Below are positions 1-12,500 of a stretch of 64,000 nucleotides of DNA, piece after piece. The notes beneath the pieces are model-generated. The model worked only from the letters and a program-made list of their open reading frames with translations. It was not told where the DNA came from and did no database searches. Location of the stretch: positions 19,402,750 through 19,466,749 of the forward strand of contig CM074524.1 in assembly GCA_037379345.1 (NCBI GenBank), in the 5' to 3' direction. The DNA is from Perna viridis. Taxonomy: Eukaryota. Positions within the stretch are counted from its first letter, which is position 1, and every line of letters starts with the position of its first letter. The translations under genes and the position numbers were made by a program.

Positions 1-1212
1 TCAAGGGTATAAGTAATCTGCACCACATCTGTTTACAACAGAATTTTTGAAATGCATCCTAGCATAAAAGTCCTTTTTTTTTCTAAAAATATATGCTGAA
101 TTGCTGATACAATAATGTTGGGATCACATATTACAAAACAATAGGAATATCATTATAATAAGGCCATAACTGTTACCAAAGCAAAACATACCAGATCAGT
201 ACATATGCAGGTCAAAACTTTTTTTTGGACAAAATATACCGGTATATAAAACAAATTTGGTAAAATGAACTTGAATTTATTCCTAGTGATTTAGACATTC
301 TTTTAAGGATAATTGTTATATGTTCATAAATATATTGGTCTAACTGCCACAATTGTAGTTCCGATAACGTAATCCCCAACCCCCCCCACTACGATCATAT
401 CTACCGCTACTGGGAACAGCCTTTTCATTGATGAAGCCAACCAGGATCTGAACTGGAAACAATTTACAAGAAATTTTATCAGAATATTTCCAGATCGGTG
501 GTTTCAAGTTCAGTTCAGGGTAACTGGAAATAATTAAATTTGTTTTGGCGTAGTTATCATACTGATAAATGATTAATATATAGCATTTAAGAAAGTTTGA
601 AAAACTGCGTCAAATGACAGACTTTTTCCACCAGTTTAATCTGATTATCACTAAACTTATACTTAATCTGAAACCCATCATTTAATTTGTATTAAAGCAA
701 TCTGAAGTGATGTGATACAAAGAGCATGAAGACAAATAGGGAATGAATGTTGTATATTTTTTTCTAAAAATAGGGAATTACTACAGGTAGCCACATTACT
801 GTTGTAATCTTATTCTAAATAAAACTCCATCTGCCAAGCCCATATTTATTCAAAATACTCAACAACTGTATTTACATATCACACATGATTTTATATACAC
901 AGATTTAACAACAAACTGTTTAAAAACCCTAATGTAAAATCGATAGACAGTTTAAAATGAGGAAAATGTATGAATTAATCTAGTTTTAAAAACAGGATTT
1001 GATATATTATTTTAGATTATTTTAGCACTACAGGTAACATGGGTAGCAAAATGTGGCAACTTCAAACCAACTTATAAGTCTAAAAATGACAATTCAATTT
1101 TGAAACCTACATGCTTTCTAATATATATAGTGACTTATTTGTGACGAGTTATTTTTGCAATTATTTCTGGTCTGCAAAATTAGCAAAAATAAACTGGGTT
1201 AACAGTATTTAA

Positions 1213-1576
1213 GTAGCACTCCAGCTAAGAATAATGCAAAATGTGATTCATGGGTTAAAAGCCTACATAATTTTATTTTTGATATTTTGTTAGAATTGCC
1301 ATAGTAAACATTCAGTTTTTCATTTAACCTGTGTTCTTAGAAAATAAAAATTATATAGAATGCACTGTAGATTTCAAAATTAAGAGAGATAACTCTGTAA
1401 ATGACACTCAAATACAATAGAATCTATTGCATTTTCAACGTTGATTACCTCCTAAGAGCGGGTTGATTTGAATGAATAATTATACATTTTGTCATATAGA
1501 CCTATAAAAATATATAGCCTTTTATTAGGTGTATCACATTTTGCAGAATTAGCGTGTTTCTTACAAAGACTGCTAC
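1213..1576. mobile_element. TTAA-flanked MITE (Kolobok-like), copy 1
   Basis: TTAA|GTAGCA...TGCTAC|TTAA; inverted homologue at 15259-15652. Confidence 0.8.
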
Positions 1577-1977
1577 TTAATATTTATCAATGGAAAACTA
1601 TTTTTTCATGCATTTATTCGACAGAGAGAACATTTTCCAACTAAAGTAAAATAATCAATATTTGCCCACGGCTTGTTAAGTTCACACTGCATCATATTTA
1701 TTTTTTAAATATACAATGATATTCAAATATTTCAAGCAATTCAATACATAAAACTGAGCTGAGAGTATTGAGCCAATTATCACTTTTTTTTACCATTTAA
1801 TGTTGAGAAAATAAATGCTGTCTACAACAATTTGACTATAAGAAATAGAATATCTAATCTGATATTCAGTTATTGGTATCAATGAAAATGGGAAATAGAG
1901 GAGACATATGCACCAACAACAACTGGCAGTCACCTCCCTTATAGGTAAGAATCATGAGGAGGAAATGGCTGTGTACT

Positions 1978-2091
1978 GAAATTTAGATCAAGGAGTTGGA
2001 TAATCCACACTTCCCGAGAAGAACTATCAGTGGAATTTAGATCAAGGAGTTGGATGATCCACACTTCCAGAGAAGAACCATCAGTGGAATT
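1978..2091. repeat. Tandem duplication, 54-bp unit x 2
   Basis: ATTTAGATCAAGGAGTTGGAT at 1981 and 2035. Confidence 0.9.
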
Positions 2092-5000
2092 ATTTTCTAA
2101 GTTTGTATTTGCTAGTACATTTTATGGACTAGAAAATGACAAAAAGAATATTTCTTATTAAGATAATTCTGGTCAAGATCAATCAATATGAGATCAACAC
2201 AATAAATTGAAAGTAATAAATACAAAGTAAATAAATTCACAGAAAATTCTTCCACTGGGAAACTGTAGACATTCACCCATAGTCATATGATTTCTATCTG
2301 TTTATATAAGATATAAATTGTTGAGCAAAAAAAGAACAAATTGCAACAGATTAATATTTTTACTTAAGTAGTTTTGTTTTGTTTTTTTTTCCAAAAAAAG
2401 AAAAACTTTAAGTACAAAACATTTGTATAATTAAAAATGTTTCAAATGTTCCATTCTTATGAGAAGATTAGCATGTATACAGTTTGATACAACCACAGTG
2501 GTCTTTAAACTTGATACATCTTTAAAATTCGTTGTGATTAGACAATTAACACAATATAAGATTTGCCCAATACCAAAGTTGTTCCTTTATGGCCCATTAT
2601 TCCTAAAATATTTCAAGTCACAACCTCTAAGATCAATCCAAAGCTTCCTTTTTGGAGTATGGAACTTTGTGGTGTAATTTCAAAGAGAACCATTCCCTTT
2701 AACTCCAGTAATTATCCAGAAATAAGAAAAATGCTTGTATTGTGGCTCTTAATTCTTAATCAGCACGTCAAAACCCCAAATCTCCATCCCAGACTTCCTT
2801 ATATGGTAAGACACCATGTAGTACAATTCAAAAGATATCTATTAACTCAGTCAATTTATTGTTTAAACATCAGGATAATACTTGTTTCTGGCCCTTGTTA
2901 AATCCCTCAATACTAAACAGTTCAAATCTAAACCACCATTACCAAACCAATTATGACCATAGAATATTGTGGAACATTATCCTAGACATCCATGTTTTTA
3001 CTGGACATATATAGTTCAATTCACTGAAAACTTATCTGACCCTAATACCAAAACATTCCCATTACCCCCTAATCCAACATCAACCTCCCTTTAATTGTAA
3101 GGAATTTATAGGGATTCAAGTGATTGTAGAAAACCAAGTGTCCATGGACATAAACGCAGACAGCAAACATTATACGACTGCAAATTGTCTGTGGTTTTAT
3201 GAAAAAACATGTCTCATGTACTATTTATATAGTCTGTTAACAAAATATTGAGATATGATTTAATTCATTCCACATGTAAACAACAGGGTGTCATTTTCAC
3301 ATTGTCAAGTAAAGACAAGACATAAAAATATGAAGAAAAAAAACAAGTGTACTTAGAAATTTAAATAAACAGCAAGTTGATATTAAGATTTTACTTAATA
3401 AACTAATAGTATGACTATCTTATTCAATTTAATTGAACAAAATGAATAATAAATATGGAATGGCTCAAATTAAACAACAGAAAAAAATAAAAACATTGCA
3501 CAAAATAACAACTAATACCACAAAATGTGTATACTTTGTGACTGTATGGAGACAAAAACGGAACCCAATTATTGGAATTTAAGTACATGTTAGTATATAT
3601 ATCATAAGTTGAAGTACATAAATAAATTAAGGGCCTGATCTAAACATTAATGACAAGGACAATTGTGAAGAGAATTCTGTTTAAAAAATAAAATTGTTGA
3701 CATTTTTGAGTATGTCATCTACTACAAAAACTTCTCACTCTCAAAAAAGAAATGGGGAAAAGTAACCTCAAACAAAGAGAAATTTTTGCTCAAATCCCCC
3801 CTGGATTAGGTTCAACTTCAATATTAAAAAATAAAAAAAAACTTAAGCTTGTGAATGTACCAAATAAGTATTTCAATTATGAAAATGAAAGACAAAACAC
3901 CATAAAATCAAAAAAACCAAGAAATGTCAAGTTTCAAATTGTTTTGAGAAGTTCATAAATTAAAACTATATCATCAAGTTCATGTATTTTCAAAAACTAC
4001 AGAAAGAAGCTTACTGATAGAGAAGTCCAAAAATGCATTAAAGGGGAATATAGGATCTGATACTATGGTACAAAAAAGTTCTGCATAATGGCAGAAAAGA
4101 AGTTTTCAGCACATCAAGTTTCACCTACTGTGCTAATGACCAGGAAGTAGAAAACTGCCATGACAGATTTTGTCACCAACAAAGTCCCATGATACATTTA
4201 CAATGTGTATGTCCTGGCAAGTCTTCATAGTTCCTACATGTGTGATTCAATGTTTCTTTGAAAGTGTTTCACATATTAAATGACATTAAAATTACCTTCA
4301 CAGAATAAGCTTTGAAAGTTTTAAGTAGCAGTTTTATAAAAATCAGACAGGTAATTCATGCATGTCAAAAACCAACCAAATTCAGTTCTATTTCTTGTAC
4401 AAAAACATTTACCAATCACAAAACCAGTTTTAGTTCTTCATTTGGTTGTTGCGCTTTTGAGATAAAAATAATATAGATTGTACATAAAATTGGCACTTTG
4501 TAAGAGTTATCGTTCTTGATTTGTTTTCATTTGGTTGACATACGTGGGAAATAAATGTATGATTTATCTACAAAATGCAGAACTGAATGCAGAAATGATT
4601 ACTGTTATGTGAATATGTAGCATATATATAGACTGAAAGAGCATCGTTTGTTTGATGGGTTTTTCTACACCATAAATCACTTTACTATTTCTAGTGTCTG
4701 AATTTTATGTGGACTGATACTTAACAGACAAATCAAAATAGTTAACACAATATCATATATTATACTTGAAAGCACTAATAAATAAAACTAAGTACAACTA
4801 ATATAAAGCAATCATTCTCCAGATCAAACGATGAATTAAAAAAAAATAATGCCTTGAAATAAAATAGTTCCGATCAGACTTGAGGCATAAAATATGTCAC
4901 AACTATGCTATCAAATTAATCACAGGTGTTCAGTTATAGCACAAATTCAACTTCATGTTATGCAAATGCTTAAATTTCCCTTGTAATGAAAAATATACAT

Positions 5001-5148
5001 GTATAATGAAGTACATCATGAAAACTGTCATAAATATTTTTATTTTTCAAACATGAGAAGTTTGGTATGAAATGTATAAATAAAAAATTGTGTTTCTCTT
5101 GAATCATCTGACAATATTTCATGCAATTTCATAATAAATAAATCACTG

Positions 5149-5309
5149 CTTCCTATTTTGACAGTATTTGTGTGTACAATGAATTGTAGGATTTAGATCT
5201 TCCTATTTTGACAGCATTTGTGTGTACAATGAATTGTAGGATTTAGATCTTCCTATTTTGACAGCATTTGTGTGTACAATGAATTGTAGGATTTAGATCT
5301 TCCTATTTT
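5149..5309. repeat. Tandem repeat, 50-bp unit x ~3.2
   Basis: Unit starts at 5149, 5199, 5249, 5299; near-identical. Confidence 0.95.
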
Positions 5310-6025
5310 TTTTTCTAATGTTGCTGATGGAGGTTACTCCTTAAAACATGTGTACAGCATATCAAAATTTGCAATATATATGATTGGAATTTTTTGTATT
5401 TAAATTATAATCAGAACCATATTCCATCATTATATTTAAGTCATAAATCATGAGTAAAAGAAAAATCCACAAATTTACACATTTTAACGAAACTGAAATA
5501 CAAGGAGTGGACTAACTTAGGAAAAGGTTATTAGAAACATTCCTGGAGTAAATAAAAAAAACATTTCATTGATTGATTATATGTAAAGAAGCTTAATTTG
5601 TTTACATAATTTTCATTAAGCTCTATACAAATCAATATACTGTGTATAAAGGCAGGGGCAGTTAAAATACAACTCAGAGCCTACATACTATGCTAAATAG
5701 CACTTAATACAGGGAATCTGTCTAAACCAATCTAAATGAACTAGAAACCTGTCTTAACAACCCTGAATAAACTGGAAATCTATCTAAACCAGAAACTTTT
5801 AGAAATTCTCTTTTTTGTAAGATTACATACATTTGAACCTGTGTTAACTAAATATCTATTGGAAAAGCACCAGTCCAAATTTCCCTGTATTTACAGTTCA
5901 CACTGTAACATTTAATTCCATCCGCTTTTTTTTTTTCATTTTCCCAATCAATCTGATTTTGGTCAGTTATTAATTTAGTTTACCTTGAAGAAGTATTGCT
6001 GCAGAACTCTTGTGTTCTGAGTTAA

Positions 6026-6232
6026 TGTGAAAGTACTGTTGTTCTTGGGGTACCAATTTTCGTGGTTTTCGTGGGTAAGCCAAACCACTAAATTTGGTTC
6101 CAAACAAAAAAGAGATTTTCATTGATGTATATACTAAAAACCACAAAACCACAAATTCAAGAATCCACCAACTTGTGTTTCTTTGTTAATCCACAAAAAT
6201 TGGTATCCATGTATTAAAGAACTTTCACAGTA
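6026..6232. mobile_element. ~200-bp MITE family with TACWGTGAAAGTA-type TIRs (other copies ~12298-12495 and ~20643-20801)
   Basis: Shared termini GTGAAAGTA...ACTTTCAC and internal GGTACCAATTTTCGTGG-like arms in three places. Confidence 0.65.
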
Positions 6233-6461
6233 TAAGATTTTCTTAGAAAATACCAAAAAACTAGCCTGAAAAAAATACAGAATTTCGAACTAAAAAAAAA
6301 CAAATTAATATCATGATAGAAAAATACTTTAACAGAAAATATTTCATCACAGAGGGGTTGCCCATTTTTATAGATCACTGTACAAAAACAACTGATAGAC
6401 TGAATAACTCTGTAATCAACTAGACTGTTCCTCCAACATATACATACAGAAGCTGTTCCTT

Positions 6462-6532
6462 TCACCTCCTTATTTTTCCAATCATTTTCAATGTCTTTGC
6501 CATCATTGGTGCTTTGGTAGGTGGCTTTGCAG
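6462..6532 (-). CDS. ELOA: Elongin A last coding exon (AAKPPTKAPMMAKTLKMIGKIRR*)
   Basis: TTTCCAG acceptor, conserved APMMAKT, TGA at 6464-6462. Confidence 0.9.
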
Positions 6533-9500
6533 CTGGAAACATAAATGAACAATACATTATGAATTGAGACACAGGAAAAGTATTTTCTTTTAAATTTCTT
6601 AGTGGGTTGTTGATGAATTAGTTGATATTACAAATGATGTTATGTAGGCTGGATGGTTGCCATGAACAACACTTTTATATTATATATGTAGGTCTATGGT
6701 ATGACTTACTAATGACAACTCCCATGATGTTACGACAATAAAAACCAAGAAGACATATTACTCATAGATTAATACATGCATTACCCTTGTATCAACCCTC
6801 TATTGATATCGGCCCTGAGGGCTTTAGGTCATGGGATGATATCAATAGAGGGCTAATAACAAGGGCAATATTTGAAAAGCCTTGTATAAACCTCATTTTT
6901 CACATATTTTACACCAGTGATGAATTATTTACCACATCTTCTATTGATACAAAAAGCATATAGGTTAATGAATAAAGTCTGCTGTCTATTCTGTTGATTC
7001 TTTTTTCATGTTTCTGTTGTATTTGACTTTTTCACTAATTCTGGCAGTATTGCTACCCATTGTAACATGGGATTTTTGTTTATTGGGGAATAATCATTTT
7101 TGAATTGTTCTTACCGCCTTATTTTCTATCTCATGCCACTCCTGTGATACTAAAAAAACATCTGCAATTTCAAACGACAATGTATGGTCAAATCAACTAT
7201 GGCGTAACCGATAAACAGAATGACACCTGACTTATTTTTTAAAAGGAGTGATATCAGGGAAGATCAAAAGAGAGCTGATAACATGTTATCTACTTTCTCA
7301 AAATGTTAGGGGCAGACAACATACAGACATAAGATTTCTTTTATTGCAACACAAAATCCGTGTTATTTCGTTAATAAATGATTAAGTCTTTAATATAACT
7401 TACACAAGAATTAAAAAGAGTTTCAAAAGTATTTATTAATGAATAGATGCGAACTGATTTTTGATACAATCAGTAAAAATGAATTTAGTTGTACATAATT
7501 TGGCACCTTTGTCAGTAATTATTATTAAGTTTGAAATTTGTTTTAGGTGAAAACGTGTTTCATTCACTATTTGGAAACCAGATCTTAATCGAGATCGAAA
7601 ACACATGTGATACCCAAATGCACTGCACAATCCAAATCTTCATTGTGATTCTTTCGAAGAAGCGTCTAATTGATCAGAATATGTTTTTTAAACCTGGAAC
7701 TAGTCAAACTGGAAACAACTGAAAATCCATTAAATAATAGCAGTTGACTGCAAGACCGTATATTATACCAACAATTTGCAAAAATTACAGACAAATCATA
7801 AAGGTTGGCATCTTTGTAAATATACCTTATTTTTTGTTTACTCACCTCTACCCAGAGGAACAACATCCATTGAGGCAAATTTACTGATCCTTCCATGAGT
7901 AACTGGGGCATTACTAATCCCATGTTTTATCTGCTGACGTCTCACCTCCCTTGGAGGTTTGGCCACCACATCAACATAGGCTAATTTAGTTTGTCGCACT
8001 GAAAGTAAAAAGGACTAAATCATGTTAAGTTTTTATTGAGTTTCTTGGCAGAAGTCAACTTTTGCTATTTATCTTCTTCATTTAATCATATTCTACAGAG
8101 AAAAAGGAACAAATATGGTGAAAGGCAAAAAAAAAACAAACCATAACAAAATAGTAAATACTTACAGAGATCACTAAGTGAAAACACAGCTTTAAGTAAG
8201 CTATGAAAGGCCCTGATGACAAAAGCAATAAAACCCATGGTAACAGAACAACAAAACATCTTAAAATGGAGGTTTTATCACATCACAGTGATGTGGATGA
8301 GTGATATACCACTATACAACTACAAAGGTTTTGTGGTCTCAATTACTGAGACAGGTCAGTTACTGAACAGTTTTTGTTCTTGTAGGTACATATAATTTAA
8401 TTTCAGAAATAACACACTTTCTGATTGGATAAAAAATTTTGTCCATCATCTCATAGACCGAATTTTGTAATTTAACTATGTCATTAACCTTTTTCAATGA
8501 TTTACTTCTTGAATTTTTATATCAACATTAAATAATAAAAAATGTCTTTCAGTCTATTTGAAATAACCTCAGTGCCCTGGGTGCACACTTGAAAATAACC
8601 TGCTATGCCAGTTATTTAGTGTGCACCATGTGATTGAGGTTAACTCTTCATAGACTGAAAAAATATAACAGTCACTCCTTTAATAGATGAGATTTATATT
8701 GATTAACAGTAATTTTAGAATGGCCCAATGAAAAACAAAGAGATGTATATTGTGCTAGTTAAAATGTGAACATTTAATGGAAATTTTGAACTATTAGTAC
8801 ATTAAGTAAAATATTTGATACATTAGTTAAAAAATGTATTGTCTCTATACAAGTAAAATATTCATCATTGTATAGTAAAAGGATTATTGCATTGTTATCA
8901 GTAAATATCTTCATATTGCACACACAAGCTTGTGCAATATAATATATACTTGGGACAATATGTACCACTATAAATACAAAAATACCTTATAACATATTAA
9001 AAATACTTTTTCTTTTAGTTTCAGAAAAGAATTCAATAAACATTTCAGCAAATACAGTATGTTCAGCTGACTGGATTTACATCTTTGAGACATGAAATAC
9101 CATTGATTATAAAAATCAAACCCATATTGCCGCTCCTAATTATAATACCTTACATTGGACCAAAACCTGTGATTTTTGTATTCTTAAAGAATACTACTAA
9201 AGGATTTAAACAACAATGAACATGCATGATCTGACCATGAAAAATAAAGGCAATGCTTACAAACCTATAGGGGCAAATGTGCCACACATGAGAATCATAT
9301 GGTTTGCATCATATAATTATCATATAAATCGAGGACCATATGATAATCATATCTTTCGGTATACATATGATTATCACATGATTATCATATGATAATCATA
9401 TGTTTTTCACAAACATATGATTGTCATATGTTTTTATGCCAAAATTATCATATGAAAATCATATAATAATCATATGATTGTAATATGATTACCATATGAT

Positions 9501-12500
9501 TATTATATGAATCGAGCACCATATGATAATCATATGTGGCACATTTGGCTGTATTGTGCGCCTAAAGGATTAGGTTTAATTGGTCGGATGTCTTGTCTAT
9601 GCTGGAAGTCCAAAGTGCAATATCACATACTAAAGAATTGAAACCTACTTAACTATGGATATGCAAATGGATCTGGTGATGCATCATCAGATATCCAGAA
9701 TGTGGTAAAAAGAGTTAAAGAAAGGAGATTGAATAACCATTCTTTGCAGAGGTTATGGCACCACAGAAAAAATACTATCATACTTCATAGAATATCTTCT
9801 TTCATAAGTCTGTCTAGATAACAATTCTTTTAGTAAATGTAGGCTTTGTCACAAAATGAAGCAGATACATAACTACAATAAAATGCTTAGCAGGGTGCAA
9901 CTTGGTACTACCTCAGTAGGAGTAAACATGGACAAACTACTTAAGCTTGATACAGCCTTGAAATTTGATTGTGATTAGATAATTGACACATGATATGAAT
10001 TTGATCAGAATCTCAGTGGCCCCTTTTTGGCCTTTACTTCCTAAATGGTTCCAGTCATAACCTAAAGAATCATTCCTAACCTTCCTTCCTTTTCACTCAC
10101 TAAAACTTACTTGGATCTTTTTTAACTTGAGCGGCAGATATGTTTTGTCTAACAGCTTTAAGTTTTTCCTCTCTTTCATCAAATTTCCTCTGAAAAGATC
10201 AATGTTCAAACCTGTAACCTTTTTTTTTCTAAAAGTAAATTTTTCCAGAGCTGGTTCAAAAATCTTCGAAATTTGATCAAATCCATTTTCAACTCAAGTA
10301 TTAGTACTGACTAATCAGATTGCTGAAATTTAGGATTTAAGAAAATGAAAATGATTTGATGAACATTTCAATGTTAAAATGCTTACTGTTTTATGTAATG
10401 AGAAAACAAATATTCTTCACAAAAATATTATCCATGTACTACATATGTAAATATATTTCTAGGATTCTGTTGGTAACAGATAATGTTTTTAAAAATCCCA
10501 TATACACAGATGTTGCTATGACATATACTGGGTACCTAGGTGTTATTAACCATTTTCCTGTGGAATGTCACATGCTAGTCAGCACTAACACAACATCCAT
10601 TACAAATATCTCTAGTTGACTATTGGATATTAAAAAAAAAACAATTGTTAGATTACGTAACAGTTCTTGTTTTTTACGTTACGTCCTAAACAATGAACAT
10701 TTAGTAGACGCAAAATATTGCAAAATAAACTAGTGAAAATTGTGAAATTTTGAAAGGGGTTCTAGCTATCATAAGTCATTTTTTTTGCCAAAAATAGTGC
10801 ATTAAAATCAACAATTTTTCAAACAAAATGAGGATCTAACTCTGGAACTCCTACCCTCATCAGAATCAAACGTAAAACTGACTGTCACTAATTTTCAAGA
10901 CTAAAGGGAGATTACCCAGTATAATTCTCTCCATGATTCCATTTCCTCACAATCTGAGCCTTTGAATTCCTTGTTACAATGGAATTTCCACAGGTAGTCA
11001 GTGTCTTCAAGGAAATGCTGAAAATAGCCCATACAGATAATACATATATAACACAAAATAGATATATAATTATTACAGTAACCATCTCGAAAATCTGTCC
11101 ACAAAGGCAATGTTCATTTTATATGCACATCAAATATATAAAAGTCATGAACAACACTTAATTTTGTGACATATTTTGATACAAGAAATATTGGCAAAAT
11201 CCACTTACAACCTTAAAAAAATTTCAACTGTAAAAGACAGCTTTTGACAAAATATTTAGTATGTTGAAGCATGTGACCAAAATATTTCCTGATAAAAAAA
11301 TCAACCCTGAACCTCCCAGTTTCATAAGAAATAACTGAAAATTTCTTGATAATGGCAATTCGTGACATCATCTTGAGTGTGCTTTCGTTGCCACTGAAAG
11401 ATCGAAGGGAAAATGATGGATTGATCAATCTTTTTTTTATTCAAATCAAGTAATAAATGTATGAAAATTTTCTGAGTCGCTTCAATTAATTTGTATACGC
11501 AATGGTGCTGCACATGTAGCTTTAATTTAATTATGCAATCAACTAATCAGTTACAGGTAAAACAATTAGACAGGTAGACAGGATATTTATACAGTAATAA
11601 TACCACACTGACTGTAATCTATAAGGGTTTACAGTTTTTTATGTCCGATATTGGAAAATGGTCATCGGTCATTTGCAAAATATGTCGGTCAATGACCGGC
11701 ATTTTTGACCGTTTCCGGATCCTTGATCTGGACATGTTATTGATGTGACAGCTTGTCAATATTACTGTATGGGTTAAGCAATATCTTAAAAAAGGAAATA
11801 TGCCAAAAAGACATTTCAGTGGTTAGCCTAAAGTTCCATGTTATAACAGGTCCTACAATTGGTCAAATATAATATATCCATTTTTGACTGCCAGAATATA
11901 AATCAGAGAAAAAGTAAAATTTACTACAAAATATGCTTTGAAAAGGAAAAAGTTCTACAATTTCAGAAAATCATTTCTTAAGAACATCTCTTGATCTTCA
12001 AATTTCTATTGAGAATAATTTTCTACAAAAAAGTACTCATAATCATAGAAATGAGAGTTGCAAGAGAGATAACTCACGGGATTGTAGTCCTCTAGTCTGT
12101 AGAGATCAGTAGGAGAACATTTCTCTAGTACTGGCTTCAATATATAGAAGGGTATACCACCGACATAGTCAAGACCTAAAACAAACCTGACAGTGTAAAC
12201 ATATACATTTAAAAGGGTACACCTTCTACAAAGTACAGACCAAAAACAAATGTGAAAGTGTGAACATGTATACATGTAAAAGGGTACACTTTCTACATAC
12301 TGTGAAAGTATTATAGTTCATGAGGTCCCAATTTTCCCTGTTTTCGAGGGTTTGATAAATGATGTAACTTGATTCCCAATGAAAAGGAATTTTCCAAATC
12401 GTTTTTATGATAGAGTGGATTCCAGAATCAACGAATAGATAATTTTTCTCTAAACCAAGAAAGTTGGTACCAATAAATTCAAGTACTTTCACAATTGTAC

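Noticed and set aside
2459-2901. Overlapping short ORFs
   Set aside because: No domain signal; the region looks like degenerate repeat sequence.
7115-7162. Possible extra Elongin A exon with a GTAAG donor
   Set aside because: Candidate acceptors give a phase mismatch or an in-frame stop relative to exons 10 and 11.
8210-8235. CTGATGA as a hammerhead ribozyme core (also near 20904)
   Set aside because: No properly placed GAAA core or closing stems.
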